Shown: one piece after another, positions 1 to 11,500 of the stretch
How the letters are laid out: every line of letters starts with the position of its first letter
How positions within the stretch are numbered: the first letter of the stretch is position 1
Assembly (NCBI GenBank): GCA_905178155.1
Contig: CAJINV010000015.1
Coordinates: forward strand, 1,878,571 to 1,942,570
DNA length: 64,000 nt
Source of the DNA: Amoebophrya sp. A120
Lineage: Eukaryota; Protista; Dinoflagellata
Direction: 5' to 3'
Notes under the pieces: generated by a model
What the model saw: only the letters and a program-made list of their open reading frames with translations
Database searches by the model: none
Told to the model about the DNA's origin: nothing
Translations under genes and position numbers: made by a program

Positions 1-34
1 GAAGATCTTGACGAACAAGAACACGCAAGCCACG

Positions 35-1249
35 ATGAAAGGTGGGAGTAAAAAGTCTCCGTCTTCCCGCCCATCGCTCGATATCATGAATCTCGTTGTT
101 CAGACAGAAGCGAACAAGAAGAAAGCGTCATCTTCCCAGTCAAAAGGTGCAGCTTCTGCTGCAGCTGTTGCCGGTTCTTCGTCTCTCTCCTCGACGACCG
201 GCGGTCCGTCGAGCGGTAGTTCCTCTAGTTCTTCCTCTTCCTCCTCTTCCAAACGCAGGGGCCATGGAGTTGTATCGTCCACTGCGGGAGCGGCCCCCGC
301 TGGAAATAAGCCCAGATCCATCTCGATTTCCTCCACCTCCAGCAGCGCCAGCATCTTCGCGAACCAGATGCCGGCGAAGATGAAAGTGCAACCACAACAA
401 CAGCAGCCGATGAAGCGCGTGATGCCGCACCGAAACTGCAAGGTGGATTACAGTGACGCTATGCCACATGCAGCGAAGGCGTATGAACGGATGCGGGAGA
501 AACTTGCGGCGCGGGGGGAAAAGCTACCGGCACTGAAGATGAACAAGATGAAAGCGAAGAACAGCAGTAGATCTTCGCGGTCAGGCTCCATTTCATCTTC
601 GAGCTCATCTGCGGCATCGATGTCCTCCTCGTCGAAGAAGATGAAACAGGTCATCAAGCCTTCCGGCTCTGCGAAGGGCGGTAAAAACGCGATGAAAAAA
701 GCAACTTCGACTCCTTCCAAATCTTCGTCCTCATCATCCCGGCGGAGCAAGAAAAGCGACGACAAGGTCGACGAGGTGCTCCACATGACTCTGGAAGTGG
801 GGCCGTTCGAGGTCATGGTCACGGGGGAGAAAAAAATCGAATACAGGGAGTACAAGGACCGGATGCATTCGCTCTTCGTGAGCAAGGAGAACCGCGCCGC
901 TGGTGATTTCAACACCTTCCGGAAATACAAAGTAGTCCGGTTCAAAAACGGCTACCAGTCCAACGCGGCGGTCATGGAGGTCGAGTTTAAGGGGATCCGG
1001 AAGAGCAAGGAGGCGGTGGATCAGCAGTTTTCGAATGGCTTACATGTGAAGTTGAAGAAAGGGGTGACCCACTACGAGATCGACCTCGGGAAGGTGCTGA
1101 AGGTGGAGAATTACGACAAGGAAAAAGCCCGGGCTATGACGCAGAAGAAGTATTTCGGCGTGCCGCTGCCACTGAAGTACAGAACTAGCAGCGCCATGAA
1201 GAAAGCTGCAATGAAGAAAGTGCAGCCGGGGAAGACGCAAAAGAAGTGA
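35..1249 (+). CDS. ASCH-domain protein with long Ser/Lys/Met-rich N-terminal tail (may start upstream of window)
   Basis: Intron-less ORF. C-terminal VLHMTLEVGPFEVMVTGEKKIEYRE...VRFKNGY...MEVEFKGI...YEIDLGKVL fits the ASCH GxKxxExR signature. Confidence 0.8.
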   Translation: MKGGSKKSPSSRPSLDIMNLVVQTEANKKKASSSQSKGAASAAAVAGSSSLSSTTGGPSSGSSSSSSSSSSSKRRGHGVVSSTAGAAPAGNKPRSISISSTSSSASIFANQMPAKMKVQPQQQQPMKRVMPHRNCKVDYSDAMPHAAKAYERMREKLAARGEKLPALKMNKMKAKNSSRSSRSGSISSSSSSAASMSSSSKKMKQVIKPSGSAKGGKNAMKKATSTPSKSSSSSSRRSKKSDDKVDEVLHMTLEVGPFEVMVTGEKKIEYREYKDRMHSLFVSKENRAAGDFNTFRKYKVVRFKNGYQSNAAVMEVEFKGIRKSKEAVDQQFSNGLHVKLKKGVTHYEIDLGKVLKVENYDKEKARAMTQKKYFGVPLPLKYRTSSAMKKAAMKKVQPGKTQKK

Positions 1250-2213
1250 CGACGAAGCTGATTCGCCTATCTCCTGCGTTATAAGTATGTGCTCACAGTC
1301 ACCCCTCAGCCCTTTGCCCTTTGCCCTTCCGCATGTAACTCGATAAAGTCCTGCAGCTCATAAGTTCTAGAAATCTTTTACATCACCCTTCCGGTTTTGA
1401 TGAATCTACACGCATTGTTGTGCTTCTTCTACTGCGCCTTGGTTGAACTACGAGTAAAAAGATGCTTCGCAACCGCTCATCTCATTTCAACAAGCAAGTA
1501 CTAAAATATGCACACACAAATCCAAATGCGCGTCGAAATGTACGATAAATTGCAAACGTCGCTGCAGCTGGAGCTGTTAGCGCGATACCCTTTGATGTCT
1601 TCTATAAAAGTCTCATCGGTTTTGTACCGTTCTTTCTTTAGTCGATGAGCAGACTGTCATGTGGTGTCAAGATGTTTGTGCAGGGATATCGACCTTATTT
1701 GTACACCAAGTATGCGTTGCTGTTGCGAATGTTGATCATTTCACTTTCGTGGAAGCAGAAAAGTAATCAACGAGCAAGGGGACGCTCAGTGCAAGTGCTG
1801 CTTGACGCAGCTTTGGCTTTTGATTGCCTATACTAGCCTCCACGTTCTTGTTTTGATGTCGCATTCGCCCCGTCCTTTCGTTTTGATGATTCGTTGCCAG
1901 CATGGAAAACTGAGCGAATGCGAAGGAATGACGAGTATGAGAGTGAGAGGGAAGATCAAAGACCGGCTGTAGCGGTTGTTCTGGTGAGTGCTTTGTATCG
2001 AGGAGCAGAGTGCTATACAATGAATGGGCTTCCTCGTGTGCTTCTATCTCGCTCGTGCCCATTTCGGTGCGCCGCGTTGAAAAGCAAAAATTGAAGCTGA
2101 ACACTCTTCGCAGGCAGCTGCTGCTTTACTTAGCTTCAGCTTTTTTAGCTTCTCCACGTGTACAATTTATCATCCTGCTGAGCAGCGAAAACTCCTACGA
2201 ACTTACCACGAGA

Positions 2214-5200
2214 ATGGCCGACCTCCCGCTCCGCATCGGCTATTCGCAGCCGCGAAACTTCGCGCAATGCCAGCCGGTGTTACCGAGCAACGACCCAAGC
2301 GCCAGTTTGTACGAGCAGTCGGTGGAGAATTTGGACGACTTCTATCCAGGAAAAAACACCCATCCCCATCCACTTTTTGCATGACAAATAGTGGATTTTA
2401 TGCATGTTTTGCATGACAAATTGGATGGGGGTGGGTGTTTTTTCCGGGATAACTTCCGCACCGGTTTAGGCTCCATGATGTTCGCGTCGACGACGATGAC
2501 GAAGTCGAATTTTCTATCAAAAGAAAAAAGTTCGTCACGATCACTCATGGGCATTTTTGCAATACAAAATTGTCTGTCATGCGTAAAAATGCATCACAGA
2601 CACAGCCACACTTCATAAGGGATTTCCCTAGTGTTTCTGCAATACAAGCAGAAGTTGTGATGCTAAAAAAATTTGTAATGCAAAGCCTGCAACTTAGTGA
2701 CTGTGACAAACTTTATTTTTCTCTCCATATTTTCTCGGCGCCGGTGCTGCTGGGAATAAAAAGTCGAACTACAAATCTTCCGGAGGAGGTGGACACAGCA
2801 CCTCATCCAGCACTACAGCGTCGAAATCTTTACTGCAGCGACCAGCGACAGTAGACCACCAGGTGACAAGTGCCAGCGCAGCAAACAATAAAATCGACCT
2901 GGAGAGCGAGATCTATTCGCAACTTTTCGCGGAAACCGCAAGTGCATTTAACTCATCAAGGTCGAATAAAATGAGCAACAAGACTCGAGGAGGCGCAACA
3001 AGTAGTGTGAGGACCGCGTCAGAAACAGCTGCGACTAAGCGACCATCCACTTCTGCCGCCGACGGGGCAACGGAAACCACAAAAGGGAAGAAAAAGGCCA
3101 CCATCAACGCCCCACTACCGGAGTCAACATCGTCCTTGACAAAGGATTTGAGTCCGAGTTTCAAAAACACCGAGCCGTTTCGCTGCGACGCGAGGATCAC
3201 CTCGAGATCTACCTTCGACGAGTACTATCCTGTGCAAAAGTATCGCGCTCGTAGTAAAATTGCAGTCCTGCATTACAAATTCTTTTCGTAAGGTAAATCT
3301 GCACGACAGATTTCACTTCTCATGCTGTCTGAGGAAATTTGTAATGCATTTATACGAATGCGATACTTTTGCAATGCATAAGTACATCAAACAATCCAAC
3401 GAGGCGAAAAGACTCGGGATCTCCCGGAAGGAGGTCGAAATCGAGCAGAAACTGCGGAAGAAACTGACTTACATCCAGAAACAGCAACGGTTTGATTCCT
3501 TAGTCAAGTCCGACGGGACCTTCAAAAGACAAGTTTGGGCGTCCATGATCAAGGAGGGGTTGATCGGGTACAATAAGACGAGTAAAAAGGCGCAGGCGGA
3601 AATGGGGGCCAGAGACGCTCTATGCATTGCAAAAGTATCGCACTCGTATGAATTGCAACTATGCATGACAAACTAGTATGTTAATACTTGAATCAGCATT
3701 ACAAATTCCAACTTGAACTTTCTTCTTGAGAAAATTTATCATGCAATTTAATCGTAGTGCGATACTTTTGCCATGCATACGCGCAGTCTTTCCTCCAATT
3801 ACTCGTCCGGCGATTCGGCACCATCATGCGTGCGTGGCGGAACGGGTTAGATTTGGACGGGAACGGGAGGATTAGTTACTACGAGTTCTGCAAAGCGGCG
3901 AGGGCGATCGGGTACGAGTCGAGTTTGCGGCAGCTGTGGAATGATTTGAATGACAACGATGATAAAGCGTTCATCACGCTAGACGAGCTAGACGTGGACA
4001 CCTTCAACCGCATCAACTACTTCAACGACATTCTGACGAGGAACTTCAGTTCTTTGAAAGAGGCCTGGCTCTTCTTCGACATTGACAAGCAGAACCAAAT
4101 TTACGAGAAACAGTTCCGAATTGCGCTGGTATCCACAGTATAATTCCCGTACACGTACAAGTGCTGTCTCTCTCTCTGCATGGCAAAACTCGGCGTCGAT
4201 CGTAGTTTAGCATGACAAGTCTCGTCGCACTCCCGATTGGGGAAATTTGTCATGCGTCTTGTACATCAGGTGCGGGAAATTTGTATTGCATAGCTGGTGG
4301 ACAAGTTGAATTTCGACACGGCGAAGTACGTATCAAATGCAAAAATGTCTGGGTCTGGCAGAATGCAGATTTTTGTCATGCTGTTTTTGCATGACACAAA
4401 ATGTCTGTCATGGAAGCCCTAGCATCACAGATTTCGAGAAGCCTCCGCGTTGCTTAATCCGCATGACAAACGTCGCCCCATTTCGGTGACAGGAAATGGG
4501 CGGCTTTTGCTGTCTATGCATGAGAGATTTGTCTGTGTTGTGTTATTCGCATCACAAGTTCGCACCCTTCCAGACCCAGACATATTTGCAATGCATAGTA
4601 CGATTTGAAGAAACTGTATGAAGATCTGGACTACGACGGCAACGGGTTTTTGACCTTGGATGATTGGCTGTTCCTGAAGAAATGGGTGACCAGCAACGAC
4701 TGCAAAATGCTGGAGGAGTTCAGGAAGGTATAGATTCTTGTGTGTTTTGCGCATAGCAAACCGCCTTTTCCATGCACGGTTTTGCATGACAAATTCAAAA
4801 AATCACACAACCCCAGGTCCTCCGCTCGAAATATTTCAAGCCGACCGACGCGTTCTACAAAGTTTTCGATGTCAACAGGAACGGCTCCATCGACCCATTG
4901 GAGTTCGTTGAGGGGTGCAATAAGTTGAAACTGGAGAAACACATCACCGAGATTGCCATCAATCCAAGACGCCTCTTCGAACTCCTAGACGCCGACGAGT
5001 CGGGGGAGATTTCCGTTTCGGAGTTTATCAAACTTTTCACGGCTACCGAATCCTCGGAGAACAAAGTAACCGCGGTGGACGAGCACAACCCTCTGCCCGC
5101 GATCCAGAAGGAGATCCAGTCGAAATTCGGGTGTATTGTGGATTTGGAGGAACTGCAACAACCATTGAAAAAATCCTACCAGTTGTACGACGCGGTATTC

Positions 5201-7567
5201 CGCCGGTTGGAGGAAACGGAAAGAACAGATTTGCACGAGCTCATCAACTACCAGTGGACGGGGCCGGACGAGAGTTTGATGAGCAGAAAATCGAGGTCGA
5301 ATAATTTGTTCGCAGCTGACGGAACAAATAAGCCGACAGGAGAAAACAAAGAGCATGTCAGGAAGATCTACTCGGCTGACTCGATCCAAGACATCGCGGA
5401 TTTGGATTTGTTACTGCAACAGGCGGAGCTGGCGCAGGCGTTTTTGAAACGGGCTTTGTTGAAGGAAGAAGTGCTGAAAGAGAATGGGATAATGACAACA
5501 GTTAGTACAACGAGTGGAGCTGCAAGTAGAAGCAGCACTAAAACCTCCTCCAGTCCGGCCGACGACCCGTCAAAAAATTTCGACGCGCAGGAGTTCAAGA
5601 AGAAAATCGACCAGATTTGGCCGTCAAAGACGACAACGAAGTCTTCTTCTCTGCTCAAGTATGCACTGCAAAAGTATCGTAAAAGGTACAAATACATATA
5701 CAAATTTCCTCAGCATGGGAGCTGCATTTTGTCATGCTGTTTTACCATAAAAACAAGAGTTGTCATGCATAGTTGCAATTAGTACGAGTGTGATACTTGT
5801 TTTGCAATGCATATCAAGCACCCTTTTCAAGAAGCGTTTGATCCGGCGATAAAGTCGAAGAAGCGGTGCATCGAGAAAGCGAATTACAAATACGAAGCGA
5901 CGTTATCCACAGTAAATTTCCCGTACTCGTACAAGTGTGGTTTCTGCATGACAAAACTTGCGTGGCTACCGTTTTAAGGTTTAGAGAACGACAGGGACGC
6001 CCAGCCCTTAGCTTCCCAACATGACAAAACTTGCACTCAATCCTAGTCCAGCATGACAAGTTGGGCTCTGCAAGGTAGCGAAATTTGTCATGCATTTTGC
6101 ACATGTACAGGAAATTTACATTGCATAGACGTATGGGAAAGCGAATAAGTTCAGGCGGATTCGGGACGTCGCGAGGATTTCCCTGCACTTCAACAAATGT
6201 AGGGAATTGTTGTCCGCGTTGAAGTATGAATTGCAAAAGTATCGTACTATTATAAATTGCATTACAAATCTCCTCAGCGTGAGAAATAAAATTTGTAATG
6301 CGGTTTTAGCTAAGGAAGGCGATTTGTCATGCATGTCTGCAATTAGAACGAGTGCGATGCTTTTGCAGTGCATATGAAGCAATTAGACGAGTTCTACAAC
6401 GTGATCTCCATCGACAACCGGATGAAGTATCCGACGGCGCTGGGGTGGAGAGACTTCGCCGCGTTAGTGATGATTGAATTGCCGAGTGAAAACCAGAAGA
6501 GCCCCGAGATGAAGAAACACGTCTGCGAGATACAGTACAACTAAAGGGATGTGTTGATGTTTGCTGATGTCGAACGCTTTTTGTGATGCAACTTTTTGAG
6601 AAGAAAATAAAAATCTTGCCGTATGTTCTTCAACTGGCTGCGCCAGAACCTGTGATGCAAAAAATCTTATGATCCAAAGAAACCGACTTATCAGGCTCCA
6701 ACTGACTCCCTTTAACGTCGCGCGGAAGCAGGCCCACCAATACTACCGCACTTTGCGCGAGAAAATCCCGTCATTAGTCCAGTCGAAACAGGCCGACGCT
6801 TTGCAGGAGGCGATTCTCGACAGTCTGCAAGCCGTGCGGAAATCGGAATTCTGTTCCCACGTGACCGTTATGAATTGCAAGAGCATCGTACTAGTAGTAA
6901 TTGCATTACAAATTACCTCAGCATGACAAATGGAATTTGTCACGCTGTTTTACCTTGGGATGTAGATTTGTAATGCACAATTGCAATTACTACGAGTACG
7001 ATACTTTTGCACTGGATGACCGTCGGCGTCGATATGGACCGTTCGAAAGTGTGGACCCAGCCCTGGTACCAAAACCCACTGGTGTTGGAGGGCAGGGTCG
7101 GATCACGACGGGAAAAGATGAAGAACCAGAAAGCGCTGCAAGACCCGGAAAAAAGCGCGAATAACTCTCCGTTACTCAAAAACCAGTTCCCGAAGAGCAG
7201 ACCGGAACTCCCGATCGTTTCCATGCGGACCGATTGGATGCGGGGAAACATGCACGGATCCTTTCCGCCGCCGGTACCAGATCTACGGGATAACCGGCCG
7301 TGGCTCCCGGCGGGCGGGTTGTTGAACGGGTTGTTTACCAATTTGACCGCAAATCACGAGATGGAGGACTATGTCACGGAGGGGGAACGGAACAAAATGG
7401 TGGAGAAATTGGGAAATTCACCGCCGGGGAATAAACTGTCTGGGGGGAAGAAGGGCGGAAATGAAGTCCCCGTTGGCGAGGCGAATTTTGATGAAAGGGT
7501 GAAAATGTTGGAAAAATCTCGGAAGAATCACGAGAAGAGAAAGCGGGAGTACTTGCAGAGTCGGTGA
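2214..7567 (+). CDS. Multi-exon protein: several EF-hands followed by RelA/SpoT-like nucleotidyltransferase domain
   Basis: Continuous frame after removing 9 TIR introners, 2 GT-AG introns (4728-4816, 6535-6694) and one non-canonical intron (~2547-2736). EF loops DLDGNGRISYYE, DYDGNGFLTLDD, DVNRNGSIDPLE, DADESGEISVSE. Synthetase-like motifs IKSKKRCIEK, RDVARISL, GWRD, HVCEIQL, HQYY. Confidence 0.85.
2343..2451. mobile_element. Introner family A
   Basis: 30-bp TIR TATCCAGGAAAAAACACCC…; DR ACTTC/ACTTC. Confidence 0.95.
3226..3380. mobile_element. Introner family B
   Basis: TAT-N5-GCAAAAGTATCG…CGATACTTTTGC-N5-ATA; DR AGTAC/AGTAC. Confidence 0.95.
3621..3779. mobile_element. Introner family B
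   Basis: Family B TIR; DR CGCTC/CGCGC. Confidence 0.9.
4130..4292. mobile_element. Introner family C
   Basis: TATCCACAGTA…GGGAAATTTGTATTGCATA; DR GCTGG/GCTGG. Confidence 0.95.
4331..4597. mobile_element. Introner family D
   Basis: TIR containing TGTCTGGGTCTGG…CCAGACCCAGACA; DR GTACG/GTACG. Confidence 0.95.
5660..5813. mobile_element. Introner family B
   Basis: Family B TIR; DR TCAAG/TCAAG. Confidence 0.95.
5904..6127. mobile_element. Introner family C (long variant)
   Basis: Family C ends; DR GACGT/GACGT. Confidence 0.95.
6225..6374. mobile_element. Introner family B
   Basis: Family B TIR; DR TGAAG/TGAAG. Confidence 0.95.
6869..7018. mobile_element. Introner family B
   Basis: Family B TIR (right end ATG instead of ATA); DR ACCGT/ACCGT. 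Confidence 0.9.
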
Positions 7568-8572
7568 AGATGGGGGTAAGAACATTGAGGAGGGGGATGG
7601 CGCCTATCATCTGGTGCTGTGGTGGAAGCACGTACTTCCTCTAACAGTATCCTCTCGGTCTCGTGCTACTTCTATCAAGAATCACTTCCCAGCAGCAGAA
7701 TGGCTGTAGACTTTCATGTACCTGCAGCTTGCTAAAAGACTTCCTTATTTTGATCTAGTACAGTACAACTTAGAGCGAAAGCGAATTGAAGTCATTGCCC
7801 GTGCTTAATATATCAAGATGTATGATGTTAATCAGTTTCAAGACGAAGACAGAAAACAAGATGTGGTCACGCTAGGACTCGTCAGGAAGAGCAGGAACAA
7901 ATTGGTTGGATTGCACTTGCTAATGTACTGCATTGCTTGTATAGAAGCTAGCGCCCGTATCAACAATTAAACACGAGCTATAATTCGGCAGGACAAGAGA
8001 CAGGATCAGATGGAGCGTTGGTCGTGGATGAAAGATGCTTTTGTAATGTCGTGTGATGGTCGTGCCCCCCGTGTAGCAACTACCTAGGTGAGGATGTGCG
8101 CGCTCAAGTTCAGGAAGATTCTTACGCGAGCAGCTGTCTTCTTCATCTTCAAAGATGAAAGCTACAAGTTCATCACATGGATCTGGATCATTTCCTCCGC
8201 GTTTTTGAAGCCCTTCATGTCGTTTGATGACCGCAGGAGTACTAAGAGTAGAGAGGCAGAGTATTAGACAGAGACCACACACAGTGTAGCTGATTCTGAT
8301 CTTCTGGTTCGACCCAGCCCACCACAGATCTGTGGCGAGGATCATTGTGACTTTAGATCATAGTCTTTTCAATTCTTTGGTCGTCTATCATTTTCCACTA
8401 GTATTGGTGTTTTCATCTTTTTGCTGGTCGGAGAAGGTAAAAGTAAATGTTGTTTGGTCGTGGATGAGGAGATTATGATTCAGTTTGTGTGGATGATGAT
8501 GTTAACCTACTACTTTTTCGTTTATCCCATTTCAACGCTCTGCATTAGCTGATGAAAACGAGAAGTTGATCG

Positions 8573-11500
8573 ATGGCGGGCAAAAAGTCCAGACACTCCT
8601 ACTCGGACTCCTCCGCGGGGGAATCGCGCAGGAGGACCGAACGCCGGCGAAAGCAGCATAACGCAATGCCTAAGCAACATGGGACAACGAGAAGTGACAA
8701 GGTCAAAGGCGAGCCTTCTGCTGGCGAAGATGTCCCCCGCCGCGAGAATAGTGCTCGTCCGTACAACGATGGCCTTAAACCGAGGCGGGAGCGAGATCTC
8801 GGCAATGACGATGGCGTGACGAAGGGGACGAGCTCGCCACGTGAGAAAAAGGAACAAAAGAAAAAAAAGTATAGTAAGTACCATAAAAGATTTTGATGTT
8901 GAGTTTTGCTCTCATCGGTGATGCGTGATGGTGATGGTGTGTGGTGAGTTGAATCAAATTTCTTAAAACTGAAAAACTACACACAGGAAAAATCGCCGCC
9001 ACAGTGGTCCAGATCAATCGCCCTCTTCGTCTCGCGCTTCAAGCTCGGCGCAAAAAAACGTCACTCGCTCGGAGCGCAGAACAAAGGAGAAAAAAGAAGA
9101 TGAGTTTGAGCGAAACTACAAGGTTCGACGTGGTGAGAGGAAGGGGCAATCGCAGGCTCCAACGCCGCGCACAAACCGGAAAAAAACTCCCCATCACAAG
9201 AGTGCCAACATCTCTGGTTCCGATGCTGCACTCGGAGATCGTGACAGGAGCCGGGGAATCGTACAACCAACTTCGGGATCTTCCTCTGCGGAATCGTACA
9301 ACCGTGTGGGCAAGAACACGGCTTTCATCCCGGATGGGTCTACTAGGGAGAAGGGGAAAAAGAACCACGTCTGGAAATTGACGCCAGAGGAACTGGAAAT
9401 ACAGCGGCAGGCCTTTGCAAAGCGGCCCGATCGCATGGTTGTTCCGCATTTGGCTGGTGCTGCTGCTGCTGCTGCTCCAAGAGCCCGCTGCTCATCTCAA
9501 TCGTCAAAGAAAGTGGAGCCACCAGATGTAGCTCCCGCAGCGGAGGAGGACGCAACTGCATCTCCGGGTGGAGCACCCACGGGCAGTCGCAGCACGAAAG
9601 ATGTAGACCCCGGAGGGAAAACTAAAAAGGAACGGAAGAAGGATGAAAAAAAGTCGAGAAGGCAAAAAGAAGAGCGGGTAGCTGGATCAAGCTCTAGGTC
9701 TAGGAGCCCCCGCGGCAGTCGAAACGGGTCCAATCCTCGACGTAACGCGAAACTTAAAGTTCCGAGCATAGCCTCCCGCAAAAGTCAAGCTGCTGACGCG
9801 ACTGGGCAAGAAGAACGTGACGACAGAGCAGCTAGTACTATGCGCCGAAGATCTCCTACTACAAATCGGCCTGCTGACAAGAAGAACGCTCCTGGAGTAG
9901 ATCCTGAGACCACTTTTGCTGGCGGCTTTCTTGGCAAATACGGTGAGGTGATTGGTTGCAGCTCCCTGACTACATCGTCGAGCGAAGAGGACGAACGTCG
10001 CAGGCGTGAAAAACGGCGGCGTGGCGAAGAACATGTTGACAAAGACGCCAAATTGGCAGGTTATCGCGAGCGCGATCACGAGATGAAATCCGGCTTTTCG
10101 AGAGAATCACGGCAAAGGCGATGTGATCGTTCTAGCACGGACGACGAGGTAATAAATGCAAGTACTCAATTGGTAGCAAGTCTTCGATGCAGTGAGGAGG
10201 AGCTGCTCGTTCCTTTCATCAGGCTATGGCTCGTATTAACTACGTATTGACCTTTGCATTTTCTAAATCGATTATTTTGCTTTTTATCCCTCTCTGGTGT
10301 GTCTTTGCTTCAGCAGTTCATCTTCGTGCTGACTTTTTATTGTCTTCAAATCTACACACAGTCACTCACCGTCAAGGATGAACTCCTCGTGGAACCTGCT
10401 GGTGCAAATGATCCTGCGCAAGAAAGCGCCGGCGTGGAGCAGCGAAACATTGCCGATACGCTTCAGAAGACCGCTACCGATCGTTCCAACGATGGAGGTC
10501 CGGTAGAAGACGGAAAATCCCAGTCAAAACTTGGTGGACCTCCGGGTGCCGTCGTGGCATCGTCTTCTACTGCACACCTCGAGCAGGAGACAAACCAGCT
10601 GGCAGAATCAGGAGATGAACAAGACGAGGCCGCAGATGAACCAGTCCGGCTCACCCTACCGGACAACGTTGCTAGCCAGCACGCCTGGTCTTTGGAAACT
10701 ACGAAAAATGCCCACTCGTTCCTGTTGCAAAACGAGGAGTGGCCAGACTTCCTGGAAAAACTCCACAGCGTGTCGTTCCCCCCAGTAGCTGCTACTCCGA
10801 CGACTGTTCAAGATCCGCACGAAAAAACACTGCTCGTTACCGACGATGCAGCCGAACAGGAACACGAGGATGAAGACGCTTCAAGGTCCTCGTCCGATAG
10901 TGCGTCGGTACTGTATCTGGCTCTGGCCCTCCAGAAACTTGCGGGACGGCTGGAGGCAGGCGTAGGCGTGACGCAATCTTCTTCGAAAAAGACCGGTCGC
11001 CGCTCTACCCCGGCACCCTCCAAGTTCATTCCGTTTCAACTGCGATCCATCATCACAGAAGCTGTGAAAAGACACGTTGTGCACCGTACCCCAATAGCGG
11101 TCGTTTCTCTCGCGGGAGAGGAATCAATATGCACTGCAAAAGTATCGTACTCGTAGTAATTGCCGGATGCATGACAAATCTCCTATCTTAGGTGAATCAG
11201 CATTGCAAGTTCTATTTTTCTTCTTGGAGAAATTTGTCATGCAATTCCCACTAGTTGTACGATACTTTTTCTTTTGCAATGCATAGTCCACAACTGAACC
11301 ACCGCTGACAACCTGGACAACCTGGAAAAAGCCGACTTTCTGCGAGTCGGTTCTACGACAGTGCACAACTCCCGCCCCTCCCCCTCATTTGTCATGCAAA
11401 ATACCGAGTCCACATCTTGCCTTGAAGGATTCGGCGCATGACAAGTTTTGGACGCCCAAACAGGACTACATTCCAGGTGCGGATTCATTGTCATGCAAAA

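Noticed and set aside
2342-7164. Many 60-140 aa ORFs containing LSC, FVM, MTN, CKS peptides
   Set aside because: Translations of introner motifs, not proteins; the same applies throughout the window.
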